A stretch of DNA of 64,000 bases from a virus (taxonomy: Duplodnaviria; Caudoviricetes), in IMG/VR virus record IMGVR_UViG_3300021958_000024. One strand, written 5' to 3'. Every line of letters begins with the position of its first letter. Positions within the stretch are counted from its first letter, which is position 1. Both the position numbers and the translations under genes were made by a program. Below are positions 30,010-37,869 of this stretch, one piece after another. The notes under the pieces were generated by a model. It had not been told where the DNA came from. It saw only the letters and a program-made list of their open reading frames with translations, and did not search any database.

Positions 30010-30281
30010 AAGAGCGTCTTAGTGATGTTGTTTTTGAATATCTTTCCGATAAAGAATCACTGCCACTATTTCTATCAGACTTAAATGAAATAGTTAAAAG
30101 TAACTATGACTACTTCAAAACTTATGCAGATGGGTGTAAAGAAGTTTTAGATAAACTTCCTGTTTATCACAACGATCTTGTTGAGTACTCCAAGTATTAT
30201 TATGATCGAGATCGTAATCGAAGCACCTCAATCAATAATGCTTCTAAAAAGGATTGGGATGACTTTTGGGAAGGTTTGTAA
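29979..30281 (+). CDS. Hypothetical protein
   Basis: 100 aa ORF in a packed operon. Confidence 0.55.
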   Translation: MFDKTDHDEMKERLSDVVFEYLSDKESLPLFLSDLNEIVKSNYDYFKTYADGCKEVLDKLPVYHNDLVEYSKYYYDRDRNRSTSINNASKKDWDDFWEGL

Positions 30282-30451
30282 TGGCAAATAACAAATGGAA
30301 CATTGATGATGATGAGAGTCTATACGAGATCATCATGAACTTAGAAAAAAGAGTAAATGAGTTAGAAAAAGAAAATGTGGGAACCACAAACACACTTTAC
30401 GAAATCTTGAACACTTTAGAAACAATCCAATGGCACTATCAAAATCAGTAG
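30281..30451 (+). CDS. Small coiled-coil protein
   Basis: LEKRVNELEKENV; TAATG coupling. Confidence 0.55.
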   Translation: MANNKWNIDDDESLYEIIMNLEKRVNELEKENVGTTNTLYEILNTLETIQWHYQNQ

Positions 30452-30627
30452 AAGAAAGTTTGAATGAAGCGGAGAGTAATCTTCGCAATGCTCTAGCATT
30501 TGCTGCTAGACAAGAAAGACCTCTTGTTTGTAATAACATCTCCAAACTTATTTTGGATATTGAACATATCAAGTCTTTTGATGAACTACTAGATACTATT
30601 GATCAATCTATTCAGATTGACAAATAA
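30430..30627 (+). CDS. Small hypothetical protein
   Basis: MALSKSVEESLNEAESNLRNALAFAAR. Confidence 0.65.
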   Translation: MALSKSVEESLNEAESNLRNALAFAARQERPLVCNNISKLILDIEHIKSFDELLDTIDQSIQIDK

Positions 30628-30645
30628 ACTACAAACAAGTAAACT
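30617..30645 (+). promoter_or_regulatory. Sigma70-type early promoter
   Basis: TTGACA-17 nt-TAAACT. Confidence 0.7.
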
Positions 30646-30667
30646 TACGGAGTAACCTAAAGAAGAA

Positions 30668-30901
30668 ATGAAGTACCTCTACGTTGTCGATCATTTTGTT
30701 CCATTCCCATCCTCTGAATATGGTGGTATTTGGAATGTAGTCGCTTCAAATAATGAAGAATGTTTTGATTTGATTACAGATTTTGATGCAGATGATAATG
30801 TTGGGCATTATTCTGATCTACGACAAAACATTATGAAAGCAAGGGTATTTCCTCTTGCACAAGATATTGAATCATCAGTAATCGCTGAGTTTACAACATG
30901 A
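30668..30901 (+). CDS. Small hypothetical protein
   Basis: YVVDHFVPFPSSEYGG. Confidence 0.7.
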   Translation: MKYLYVVDHFVPFPSSEYGGIWNVVASNNEECFDLITDFDADDNVGHYSDLRQNIMKARVFPLAQDIESSVIAEFTT

Positions 30902-31077
30902 AGTTTTCATTAAAATCTGAAGTCTGTTACAAAGATTTGTATGGATTTGTAGATTTTATTGACAGTGAGTGTATAGTTATTCAACTACCAACACCACCAG
31001 GTAGAAATCCTCCAAGAGTTGTTGTTTATCACTGTGACTTTGATAAAGTCAAAGTTTTGAAAGATAGTGATAAATAA
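30898..31077 (+). CDS. Small hypothetical protein (not in ORF track)
   Basis: MKFSLKSEVCYK...LKDSDK*, 59 aa, ATGA coupling. Confidence 0.6.
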   Translation: MKFSLKSEVCYKDLYGFVDFIDSECIVIQLPTPPGRNPPRVVVYHCDFDKVKVLKDSDK

Positions 31078-31098
31078 TAAAAAAATACTATTACTAAA

Positions 31099-31275
31099 AT
31101 GGCAAGATTAATGGCAAAACTAGGACTAGGTGTTTCCGTTGCGGATTTCAACAACGATGAACACGTTGAAGATAGGACACCAACAGTCACTGCTGTTGCA
31201 GATGATATCTCTGTGTCAGAACCTGAAAGTAAACTTAATCTAGGTATTTCTGTAGATACTGATCTTGATGAATGA
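31099..31275 (+). CDS. 58-aa acidic late peptide (not in ORF track)
   Basis: ATAAATA at 31070-31076; MARLMAKLGLGVSV...KLNLGISVDTDLDE*. Confidence 0.55.
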   Translation: MARLMAKLGLGVSVADFNNDEHVEDRTPTVTAVADDISVSEPESKLNLGISVDTDLDE

Positions 31276-31484
31276 TTAAAAAACGAGTTCAACCAGAAAC
31301 TCCAACAAAACCTTTCCATGAAACCTTTCCTTTTGGTCTAAGTTGGACCACAAAAGAAGGAAAGAAAGAACTTGAACACTTTGCTTATTTCCCATACGAT
31401 GACTACAGATCAAGATACATGCAGCGATTCAAAAGTGAAGGAGGTAGAAAGTTCAAGCGATTCAAAACCAAACCAAGAGTATGA
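31272..31484 (+). CDS. Small basic hypothetical protein
   Basis: 70 aa, ATGA coupling. Confidence 0.55.
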   Translation: MIKKRVQPETPTKPFHETFPFGLSWTTKEGKKELEHFAYFPYDDYRSRYMQRFKSEGGRKFKRFKTKPRV

Positions 31485-31689
31485 GTGGATTGATGATGCT
31501 TTCCGCGTAGAAGAAACACGTTTTATGTGGAAAAGTGTCCGTAAAGATAATGGTAAAGACTTTTTATTTGGTGTTACTAAAGAAGCGGTGATTCATATGT
31601 CACGCTGGCATCTTAAATGTGAACAAGAAGGAACTCTTGAACAACATACAAGAGTAGTTGGAGATGGTTTTGTTGGTGGAAAACTATAA
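31399..31689 (+). CDS. Hypothetical protein
   Basis: EWIDDAFRVEETRFMWKS...VGGKL; start uncertain. Confidence 0.6.
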   Translation: MTTDQDTCSDSKVKEVESSSDSKPNQEYEWIDDAFRVEETRFMWKSVRKDNGKDFLFGVTKEAVIHMSRWHLKCEQEGTLEQHTRVVGDGFVGGKL

Positions 31690-31692
31690 ATA
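31685..31692 (+). promoter_or_regulatory. T4-type late promoter
   Basis: TATAAATA 25 nt upstream of ATG 31717. Confidence 0.75.
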
Positions 31693-31716
31693 ACACTAAA
31701 CTGTGTTTATATAAAA

Positions 31717-32151
31717 ATGAAGTCTTACAAAGAGTTTGTTTCTGAAGCATTCAAAAGAACTGGCAAGAAAATATCCTTTGTAAGACTTCATCATGGGTCT
31801 GATGAAGACTCAGTAAAATCAATCAAAAAGAGTGGTCCTAGACCTTCACCTAAAGGTAGTGAGGGTCCAGGACATTATGTCACTCCAGATAAAAAGAAAG
31901 CATCAAAATATGCTGAGTTTACTTCTAAATCAAGAAAGAAGAAACCAGCAGTAGTATCATATAGAGTTTCAAAGAAAAGGATTACTAATACAGATAGTAT
32001 TCCAAAAGGACTTACATCTCAAAAGAAAACTACAAGTGAGAAACCAGTTGTAAGAAATACACGAACTGGTCATGTTGCCATGGACGCTGACTATGCGAAT
32101 AAGAAAATGATTCGTAAGACAGAACCTATTATTCGTAGAAAAAGGAGGTAA
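31717..32151 (+). CDS. ADP-ribosyltransferase-fold protein with capsid-targeting-like N-terminus
   Basis: MKSYKEFVSEA versus T4 CTS MKTYQEFIAE; RLHHGS...GPGHYVT....A..YA ART motifs. Confidence 0.65.
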   Translation: MKSYKEFVSEAFKRTGKKISFVRLHHGSDEDSVKSIKKSGPRPSPKGSEGPGHYVTPDKKKASKYAEFTSKSRKKKPAVVSYRVSKKRITNTDSIPKGLTSQKKTTSEKPVVRNTRTGHVAMDADYANKKMIRKTEPIIRRKRR

Positions 32152-32156
32152 GTATT

Positions 32157-34154
32157 ATGGCAGATCCAAAAACTGATATAAATGAATCTTTATGTTGTAT
32201 TGCTTTAAGATATATTGATAAGTATCCAACAAATAGTGTGGATGATTTTGTTGACATGATAACTACTGAGGGTAAAAAACCAGAGGAGTGGAGTGATAAT
32301 GGTGTTCTGGAAAATTTGGAAATAGGAAGAGGAAAATATAGAACACATTCAACATATAGATCTGCTTATGGTCAGAAAGATTCAAATAAAAATTTAAAAT
32401 ATGAAACTTGGATTAAAGGGTCATTTTATAGTGCTCAAGCAATAAGGAAAAAGTTAAATGTTGTTTTAAGTCAATACATCATATCAAGACCAGACGAAGA
32501 AGAAAATAATAAATCTTATATAATTAAAGAGAAATGTGCTTCTGCAATCAAAAATTGGTCAAATGTTTTTAGCAGGACTGATGTAGCAAAAGCACAAAAA
32601 TGGTCTCCGGGAATTTTATCTAAGTTAAACTCTGATAAAATTAATATTGCAGATATTATGTTAATACATAAAAATCCTGAAGTTTATGATGAACTTGATG
32701 AAATTCAAGAAATAACAAATAAAGTAAAATGGAAGGATGTCTGTAATAATCCATCAATCATTAAAAATTTACTAACACCCAAAAAATATAATGAATACAT
32801 GAATAGAGCATGGTTGATAAAAGATATATTCAACATTTCTTTAAAAAAAGTATTGTCTGAAAATTTTCCTGTAAAACTGATAAACTTAGACAGAAACTCT
32901 GCCAAAGAATATGATAGTGATATTGACGAATTTCAATTTTTGCTAACATCATTAGTTGGTGCTGCTAAATCTGGTTCTCTTTCTAATTTTGAAAACCTAA
33001 TTAAAGAAACTATTGATTTAGAACCTGTTATTTTTTCTGCAAATGATAGATTGGAAGTTAAATATAAACTTAATATCAAAAATCTTAACTTGAATAAAGT
33101 AAAGTCATATGATTATACAATGTGGACTAATTTTGGTGGAGGTCAAAATTCTGTTTACTTTTCTCAAGCAGGCAGTAAATCTGCTTCTGGAGAAGGAGGA
33201 ATAACACTTACTTACTTTTCAAATTTGGTTAAAGATATTCCAAAGTTAAGAACGTTCCTAACATATATGAAACTAAAAAGAAAAGAATATTTTAATGCAG
33301 CATGTCAAAAATATGGTTTAAATTTTAGTGATTCTAAAATGGGAGATTCTTCACTATCAAATGCCAAATATAATTCTATTCTTTATACATCAAATGATTT
33401 CAAAAAGTTAGTTCATGTTCTATTGACTGATGAACCAGTAACACAAAAAGATGTAATCACGCCTATAAAATATATCACCAAAAGTACTGGAGAGGTGATT
33501 ATAAATGATGGTCAAAAATTAACCAAAATTGATTATAAGTCAATGTTAGTCTTGGAAGATTTTTTTAAATCATATGTTAATTTTTTATCAAACAATAGTA
33601 GTCAAATGGGAACATATTTTGGTTTGAGTGAAAAAACGAAAAAAAGTTTAATAACTCAAGGAAGAAAAATGTATCAAAAATTTGAACAAGTTTATAATAA
33701 AGAAGTTTTATCAAAGAAAAAGAAAAAATTAGATCAAAAAAAATATGAAACTTTGAAAAAAGACATTGGTAAAATTAAAGGCATTAGTGGAACAGAGACA
33801 ACAAAACTAAAAAATGAAAGAATACTTAACGCAGTTTCTTTGACAGAGAGTGAAATTAAGTCAATAAAACAATTTTCTGTCTCAGAAGCAAGAAAATGGA
33901 AAAGCAAAGAATATAAAAGTTTTAAAGAATCATATAAAAAAGGATTTGCACTTCTTGCAAATGCGGAGTTTGGTTATATGTATTCTGAATACGCAGATAA
34001 AATTAACGAATTGGTGAAAAAACAAGTATTACTATCATTATATGCCGCAGCAAGTGGTAGAGGTTATATTATATTTGAAGGAAAAAAATTTGAAATGGAT
34101 GATTATTTTGAAAAAGATGTAAAAGGTGCTCCTTATCTAAAAGTTGGTATGTGA
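32157..34154 (+). CDS. Large AT-rich, Lys-rich protein with a PD-(D/E)xK-like nuclease motif
   Basis: N-terminal ESLCC helix, DKINIADIMLI...ISLKK (NPADIW..SLKK-type nuclease motif). Confidence 0.5.
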   Translation: MADPKTDINESLCCIALRYIDKYPTNSVDDFVDMITTEGKKPEEWSDNGVLENLEIGRGKYRTHSTYRSAYGQKDSNKNLKYETWIKGSFYSAQAIRKKLNVVLSQYIISRPDEEENNKSYIIKEKCASAIKNWSNVFSRTDVAKAQKWSPGILSKLNSDKINIADIMLIHKNPEVYDELDEIQEITNKVKWKDVCNNPSIIKNLLTPKKYNEYMNRAWLIKDIFNISLKKVLSENFPVKLINLDRNSAKEYDSDIDEFQFLLTSLVGAAKSGSLSNFENLIKETIDLEPVIFSANDRLEVKYKLNIKNLNLNKVKSYDYTMWTNFGGGQNSVYFSQAGSKSASGEGGITLTYFSNLVKDIPKLRTFLTYMKLKRKEYFNAACQKYGLNFSDSKMGDSSLSNAKYNSILYTSNDFKKLVHVLLTDEPVTQKDVITPIKYITKSTGEVIINDGQKLTKIDYKSMLVLEDFFKSYVNFLSNNSSQMGTYFGLSEKTKKSLITQGRKMYQKFEQVYNKEVLSKKKKKLDQKKYETLKKDIGKIKGISGTETTKLKNERILNAVSLTESEIKSIKQFSVSEARKWKSKEYKSFKESYKKGFALLANAEFGYMYSEYADKINELVKKQVLLSLYAAASGRGYIIFEGKKFEMDDYFEKDVKGAPYLKVGM

Positions 34155-34230
34155 CACTACACAAAGTGTCCATTGTATATTGATTTTCCTAGAGAATATA
34201 TTATACTGTCTTCATACTTAGAAAAAATCC

Positions 34231-34395
34231 ATGTCCAAAGATTTTAAAATCAATCTTGATGAACGAGAAATCAACACTATCTTGTATGCTTTAAGTTGTC
34301 TTTCCGATACTACACAAGAATGGACTGCATACAACGATAAGTATGAATATTCCGTATATTTGAAAGAAAAACTTGAAGAGATTATTGTAGAATAG
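34231..34395 (+). CDS. Small hypothetical protein (not in ORF track)
   Basis: MSKDFKINLDEREINTILYAL...*, downstream of promoter cassette 34151-34207. Confidence 0.55.
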   Translation: MSKDFKINLDEREINTILYALSCLSDTTQEWTAYNDKYEYSVYLKEKLEEIIVE

Positions 34396-34490
34396 ACAAT
34401 CAAAAAACTGACGCCAGTTTTTTGATATGATTCCATTGTTGACGAATGTCAAGGAGTTCAAATCAAATAACAACAAATCAAAATAGGACC

Positions 34491-34519
34491 TTGCCTAGCG
34501 GTCCTTTGGGTGCTATAAT
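34491..34519 (+). promoter_or_regulatory. Sigma70-type early promoter
   Basis: TTGCCT-17 nt-TATAAT with TG extension. Confidence 0.7.
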
Positions 34520-34544
34520 TCATTCATACGCAACAGAGACTACC

Positions 34545-35774
34545 TTGACCATCTCCCTTCGTCCTCACCAGCAACGTGCTTGCGATGCTATGCTGGCATT
34601 TGACAAGGGTCAAATCATTGTTCCTACTGGTGGAGGCAAGACTCTTGCCATTATTACTGATGTCAAAAATATCTTTGATTCCAACGATGGTGCTAAAACT
34701 ATTGTTGTAGTTGTTGCTCCACGTATTCTACTTGCAGAGCAACTTTGTTCTGAGTTCCTTGAGCATATTGATAATGTTGCTGTGATGCACGTTCACAGCG
34801 GTGATACTAAGCATTTTAGTAGCACCAAACCAAATGCTATTCACAATTGGTCATATCGAGCATACAGTAAGCAACTAATCTTTACCACATATCATTCCCT
34901 GCATCGTATTAAAGAAGCAGGTCTAAATGTTCACACCATTCACTTTGATGAAAGTCACAACTCAGTCCAGAAAAGTTTCTTTCCTGCCACAGAGTATTTC
35001 TCTGCTAATGCTAACCGCTGCTATTTCCACACTGCTACTCCCGTTCATTCTGCGGTTGCTAACAAACCTGGAATGAACGATGGTGAAGTTTATGGGGATG
35101 TAATCTACAAGGTTCCTGCACCTGAACTTGTTAATGGTGGTTTTATTGTTCCTCCACTCGTCAGTGTGAAGCAACTTGACATTGCTTCCTCTAACGTGTT
35201 TGAGAGAGATTGTAAGCACCTTCTAGAGACCATTGAGAGTGAATCTATTCACAAGGGTCTTATTTGTGCAAAGTCTACAAAAATAATCGTTGGTCTTGTT
35301 TCTAACACTAGTTTTGTGGAGGAAATGAAAGAGCGTGATTATTCTGTACTTTACATCACATCTAAGACTGGTGCTGTCATTGATGGCAAGAAAGTGAAGC
35401 GTGATGTATTCTTCAAGACTCTAAATGCTTGGGGTAAGGACAACGACAAAAAGTTTGTTGTCCTTCACCATAGCATCATTTCTGAAGGTATCAATGTCAG
35501 TGGACTAGAAGCAGTTATTTTCATGCGTTCTATGAACTACATTGGTATTCTTCAAAGTGTGGGACGCACATTGCGTCTACATCTTGAAGATGCTCAAGGT
35601 ATGCGAGATGGTACTATTCCTGCTGGACAGTACCATCTTTATCGCAAACCTTTTGGTAAAGTTGTGATTCCTGCCCATGATAAGGTTGGCATCACAACTG
35701 CCAAAAAGATCCAAAACGCACTTGACATTGTATTCCAGCAAGGTGAAGTGTGCGAAACCATTATCAAACGATGA
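34545..35774 (+). CDS. SF2 (ResIII/DEAD-like) helicase
   Basis: LRPHQ Q-motif, PTGGGKT, APRILL, DESH, TAT, SEGIN, QSVGRTLR; TTG start 34545 chosen because of the promoter position. Confidence 0.85.
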   Translation: MTISLRPHQQRACDAMLAFDKGQIIVPTGGGKTLAIITDVKNIFDSNDGAKTIVVVVAPRILLAEQLCSEFLEHIDNVAVMHVHSGDTKHFSSTKPNAIHNWSYRAYSKQLIFTTYHSLHRIKEAGLNVHTIHFDESHNSVQKSFFPATEYFSANANRCYFHTATPVHSAVANKPGMNDGEVYGDVIYKVPAPELVNGGFIVPPLVSVKQLDIASSNVFERDCKHLLETIESESIHKGLICAKSTKIIVGLVSNTSFVEEMKERDYSVLYITSKTGAVIDGKKVKRDVFFKTLNAWGKDNDKKFVVLHHSIISEGINVSGLEAVIFMRSMNYIGILQSVGRTLRLHLEDAQGMRDGTIPAGQYHLYRKPFGKVVIPAHDKVGITTAKKIQNALDIVFQQGEVCETIIKR

Positions 35775-35805
35775 TCATGTTTAAGTATTCACCAATCATT
35801 AACAT

Positions 35806-36003
35806 ATGTCAAAGGGATTTACTATAGGAAAATGGGAATATGATACATTATATGCTGCTGTTCCTTTAGCGGGAAGCACATCTAAACTTGTAATAATACA
35901 TCAAGGTCAACAAATAAAGGTGTGTAGAAATGAACAATCTGCACGAAACTTTATTGAAAAGCATAGAAAATCAAAATCAAAGGGTGTTCTGCCAGTTGAT
36001 TAA
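35806..36003 (+). CDS. Small hypothetical protein
   Basis: YAAVPL...IIHQGQQIKVCRNEQSARNFI. Confidence 0.65.
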   Translation: MSKGFTIGKWEYDTLYAAVPLAGSTSKLVIIHQGQQIKVCRNEQSARNFIEKHRKSKSKGVLPVD

Positions 36004-36074
36004 CTGTTCACTCATCACCCTGCTGTCGCGGTAGGGTGATATTATTAAAAGGTCAAAGCACACAACACAAACAC

Positions 36075-36443
36075 ATGGCAAAAGTCGTCTACAACAACTG
36101 TATTGGTGGTTTTGCACTATCAAACGATGCACTTTATCGCATGGTGCAACTTGGTTCTCCTTACATCAAACCAAATCCTGAGTTTGAAGCAACCAATGAG
36201 TATGGTGATGGAACTACCACCAAATGGTGGGAGGCAAAGTATATTTACGACTGGGATCTTCCTCGTCACGATGAGATTCTAGTGCAAGTAGTTGCTGAAC
36301 TGGGTGATCGTGCCAACGGTCCAGGCGCATCACTTAAACTTGCTGATGTAGTCTCCCAGTATATTATTATGGACACTCGGGGTATGGAGCAAGTTATCCA
36401 ACCCCAAGAGATCCAATGGCAAACCGCAACCAATCGTCTTTGA
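36075..36443 (+). CDS. Hypothetical phage protein
   Basis: KVVYNNCIGGFALS...RHDEILVQVVAELGDRANG; first gene after promoter cassette 35989-36045. Confidence 0.7.
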   Translation: MAKVVYNNCIGGFALSNDALYRMVQLGSPYIKPNPEFEATNEYGDGTTTKWWEAKYIYDWDLPRHDEILVQVVAELGDRANGPGASLKLADVVSQYIIMDTRGMEQVIQPQEIQWQTATNRL

Positions 36444-36445
36444 TT

Positions 36446-36985
36446 ATGACCTACACATTTAACGGTGGTATTCAAACAGGCACAGTTGCAACTGATGCCC
36501 GTGCTCGCAAACTTGACGAGCAATGTAAGCATGTGAAGAAAACTATTCTTCCTATTATTTCTGCGATCTATCCTGAAGTAACTATGCAGATCAGACTTAC
36601 TAAAGCACAGATTCCTGGCAGTAAAGGTGCTTGCGAACCCGATGGTGGTTTGTGGTTCTACAAAGGCAAACTGATTTCAGTGTTTGAAGGTAAGAAACAG
36701 CAGGATCGAGGTAATGCTATCGAACGCTGGTTCAAAAACAACTATATTTGCCGAAAGATCAATTCTGAGGTGAGTTATGTCACTTTCTGTACTGGTGAAG
36801 GTGCATATGATGATGGTACGATTGGCAAAACCCTGCATGTTGCTCATCTTGCAGGAGTGAATCAGTATAATCCTGGAGATAACTCTGTATTTTACAATAC
36901 AGACTGCTTTACACGAGAGTTTATTTCTGATACAATGCTAGAAGTGCTCTCAGAGCGTATTCAATCGGTAGATCTATCTCAATGA
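36446..36985 (+). CDS. EcoRI-family type II restriction endonuclease (minimal)
   Basis: PDGG (36638), FEGKKQ (E at 36686), RGNAIERWFKN (36707) match EcoRI PD91..E111AK113 and G140NAIER145. Confidence 0.8.
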   Translation: MTYTFNGGIQTGTVATDARARKLDEQCKHVKKTILPIISAIYPEVTMQIRLTKAQIPGSKGACEPDGGLWFYKGKLISVFEGKKQQDRGNAIERWFKNNYICRKINSEVSYVTFCTGEGAYDDGTIGKTLHVAHLAGVNQYNPGDNSVFYNTDCFTREFISDTMLEVLSERIQSVDLSQ

Positions 36986-37821
36986 AACCTTTATTCATCT
37001 GGGCAGGTGGTAAAACAAAGGTGCTAAAACATTATGCACCTTTTATGCCATCTGCCCCTTTTTCTACATATTATGAACCATTCTTTGGTGGTGGTGCAAT
37101 GTTTGTCCATGTGATGAACACATATAAACCAAAGAATGTTGTCATCAATGACATCAACGATGATGTGATGAACATCTATCGTTCGATTCGTAATGAATAT
37201 GATGAGTTTATTGATAGAGTCGATAGTTTAGAATCTCAATATCTGCCATTGAGCAAAGAAGATCGCAAGAAGTTTTATTTTGATATTAGACATCTTCATG
37301 CATGGAACTATCAAGAATGGAGCAAACCATTTGAAGCAGCAACACTATATTTTTTGATGAAGACTGGATTCAATGGTATCTATCAACTGAACAAGAATAC
37401 TAATGGAAGGTATGGAACACCTGCTGGATTGCTGAACCAGAAGGATAAGATCTATGATCGCTCTGTGATGCTATGGTGGAAACAAGCACTGCAAAGTGTA
37501 GATATTCGCTCTGGTGATTGGAAAGATGCCGTAACTGATGATCCTGATGGTTTCTTCTTCTTTGATCCACCATATCGTGATAGTTTTGCAGATTATGGCA
37601 ATGGATTTGATGAGCAGGCACTGCTAGACCTTATCGACTTTGCCGATGCACAAAATACAGTTTTTGTTGCTAACCGTGCAGATGATAACTGGTTTGATGA
37701 TAAATCAAAGTCATTAAATGTTCATTACTTTAACATCACATACACTGCTGGTCGTAGGAAGAAAACAGCAACAGGATATGCTGCAAAGCAAGCGCGTGAA
37801 ATCCTACTTTACAAACCTTGA
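36982..37821 (+). CDS. Dam-family (D12, alpha-class) N6-adenine DNA methyltransferase, probably not GATC-specific
   Basis: WAGGK, EPFFGGG, NDIN, GFNG, DPPY; ATGA-coupled to the nuclease gene. Confidence 0.9.
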   Translation: MKPLFIWAGGKTKVLKHYAPFMPSAPFSTYYEPFFGGGAMFVHVMNTYKPKNVVINDINDDVMNIYRSIRNEYDEFIDRVDSLESQYLPLSKEDRKKFYFDIRHLHAWNYQEWSKPFEAATLYFLMKTGFNGIYQLNKNTNGRYGTPAGLLNQKDKIYDRSVMLWWKQALQSVDIRSGDWKDAVTDDPDGFFFFDPPYRDSFADYGNGFDEQALLDLIDFADAQNTVFVANRADDNWFDDKSKSLNVHYFNITYTAGRRKKTATGYAAKQAREILLYKP

Positions 37822-37846
37822 CAGACTCATCCGTCCATACTAATCT
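37818..37846 (+). promoter_or_regulatory. Sigma70-type early promoter
   Basis: TTGACA-17 nt-TAATCT; shares cttgacagactcatc with the promoter at 27568. Confidence 0.65.
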
Positions 37847-37869
37847 ACCTATGTTGTCCACACTACATT

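Noticed and set aside
34446-34544. N-terminal extension of the helicase given by the ORF track
   Set aside because: It contains the -35/-10 promoter; TTG 34545 just before the Q-motif is the more plausible start.
36446-36985. True EcoRI isoschizomer (GAATTC)
   Set aside because: The outer-arm Arg pair is not evident, and the depletion appears to cover AATT in all contexts; GAATTC still occurs (e.g. near 25132, 26886, 55283).
36982-37821. Calling the MTase dam (GATC)
   Set aside because: The positions equivalent to EcoDam K9 and R124 are substituted, so the gene symbol is withheld.
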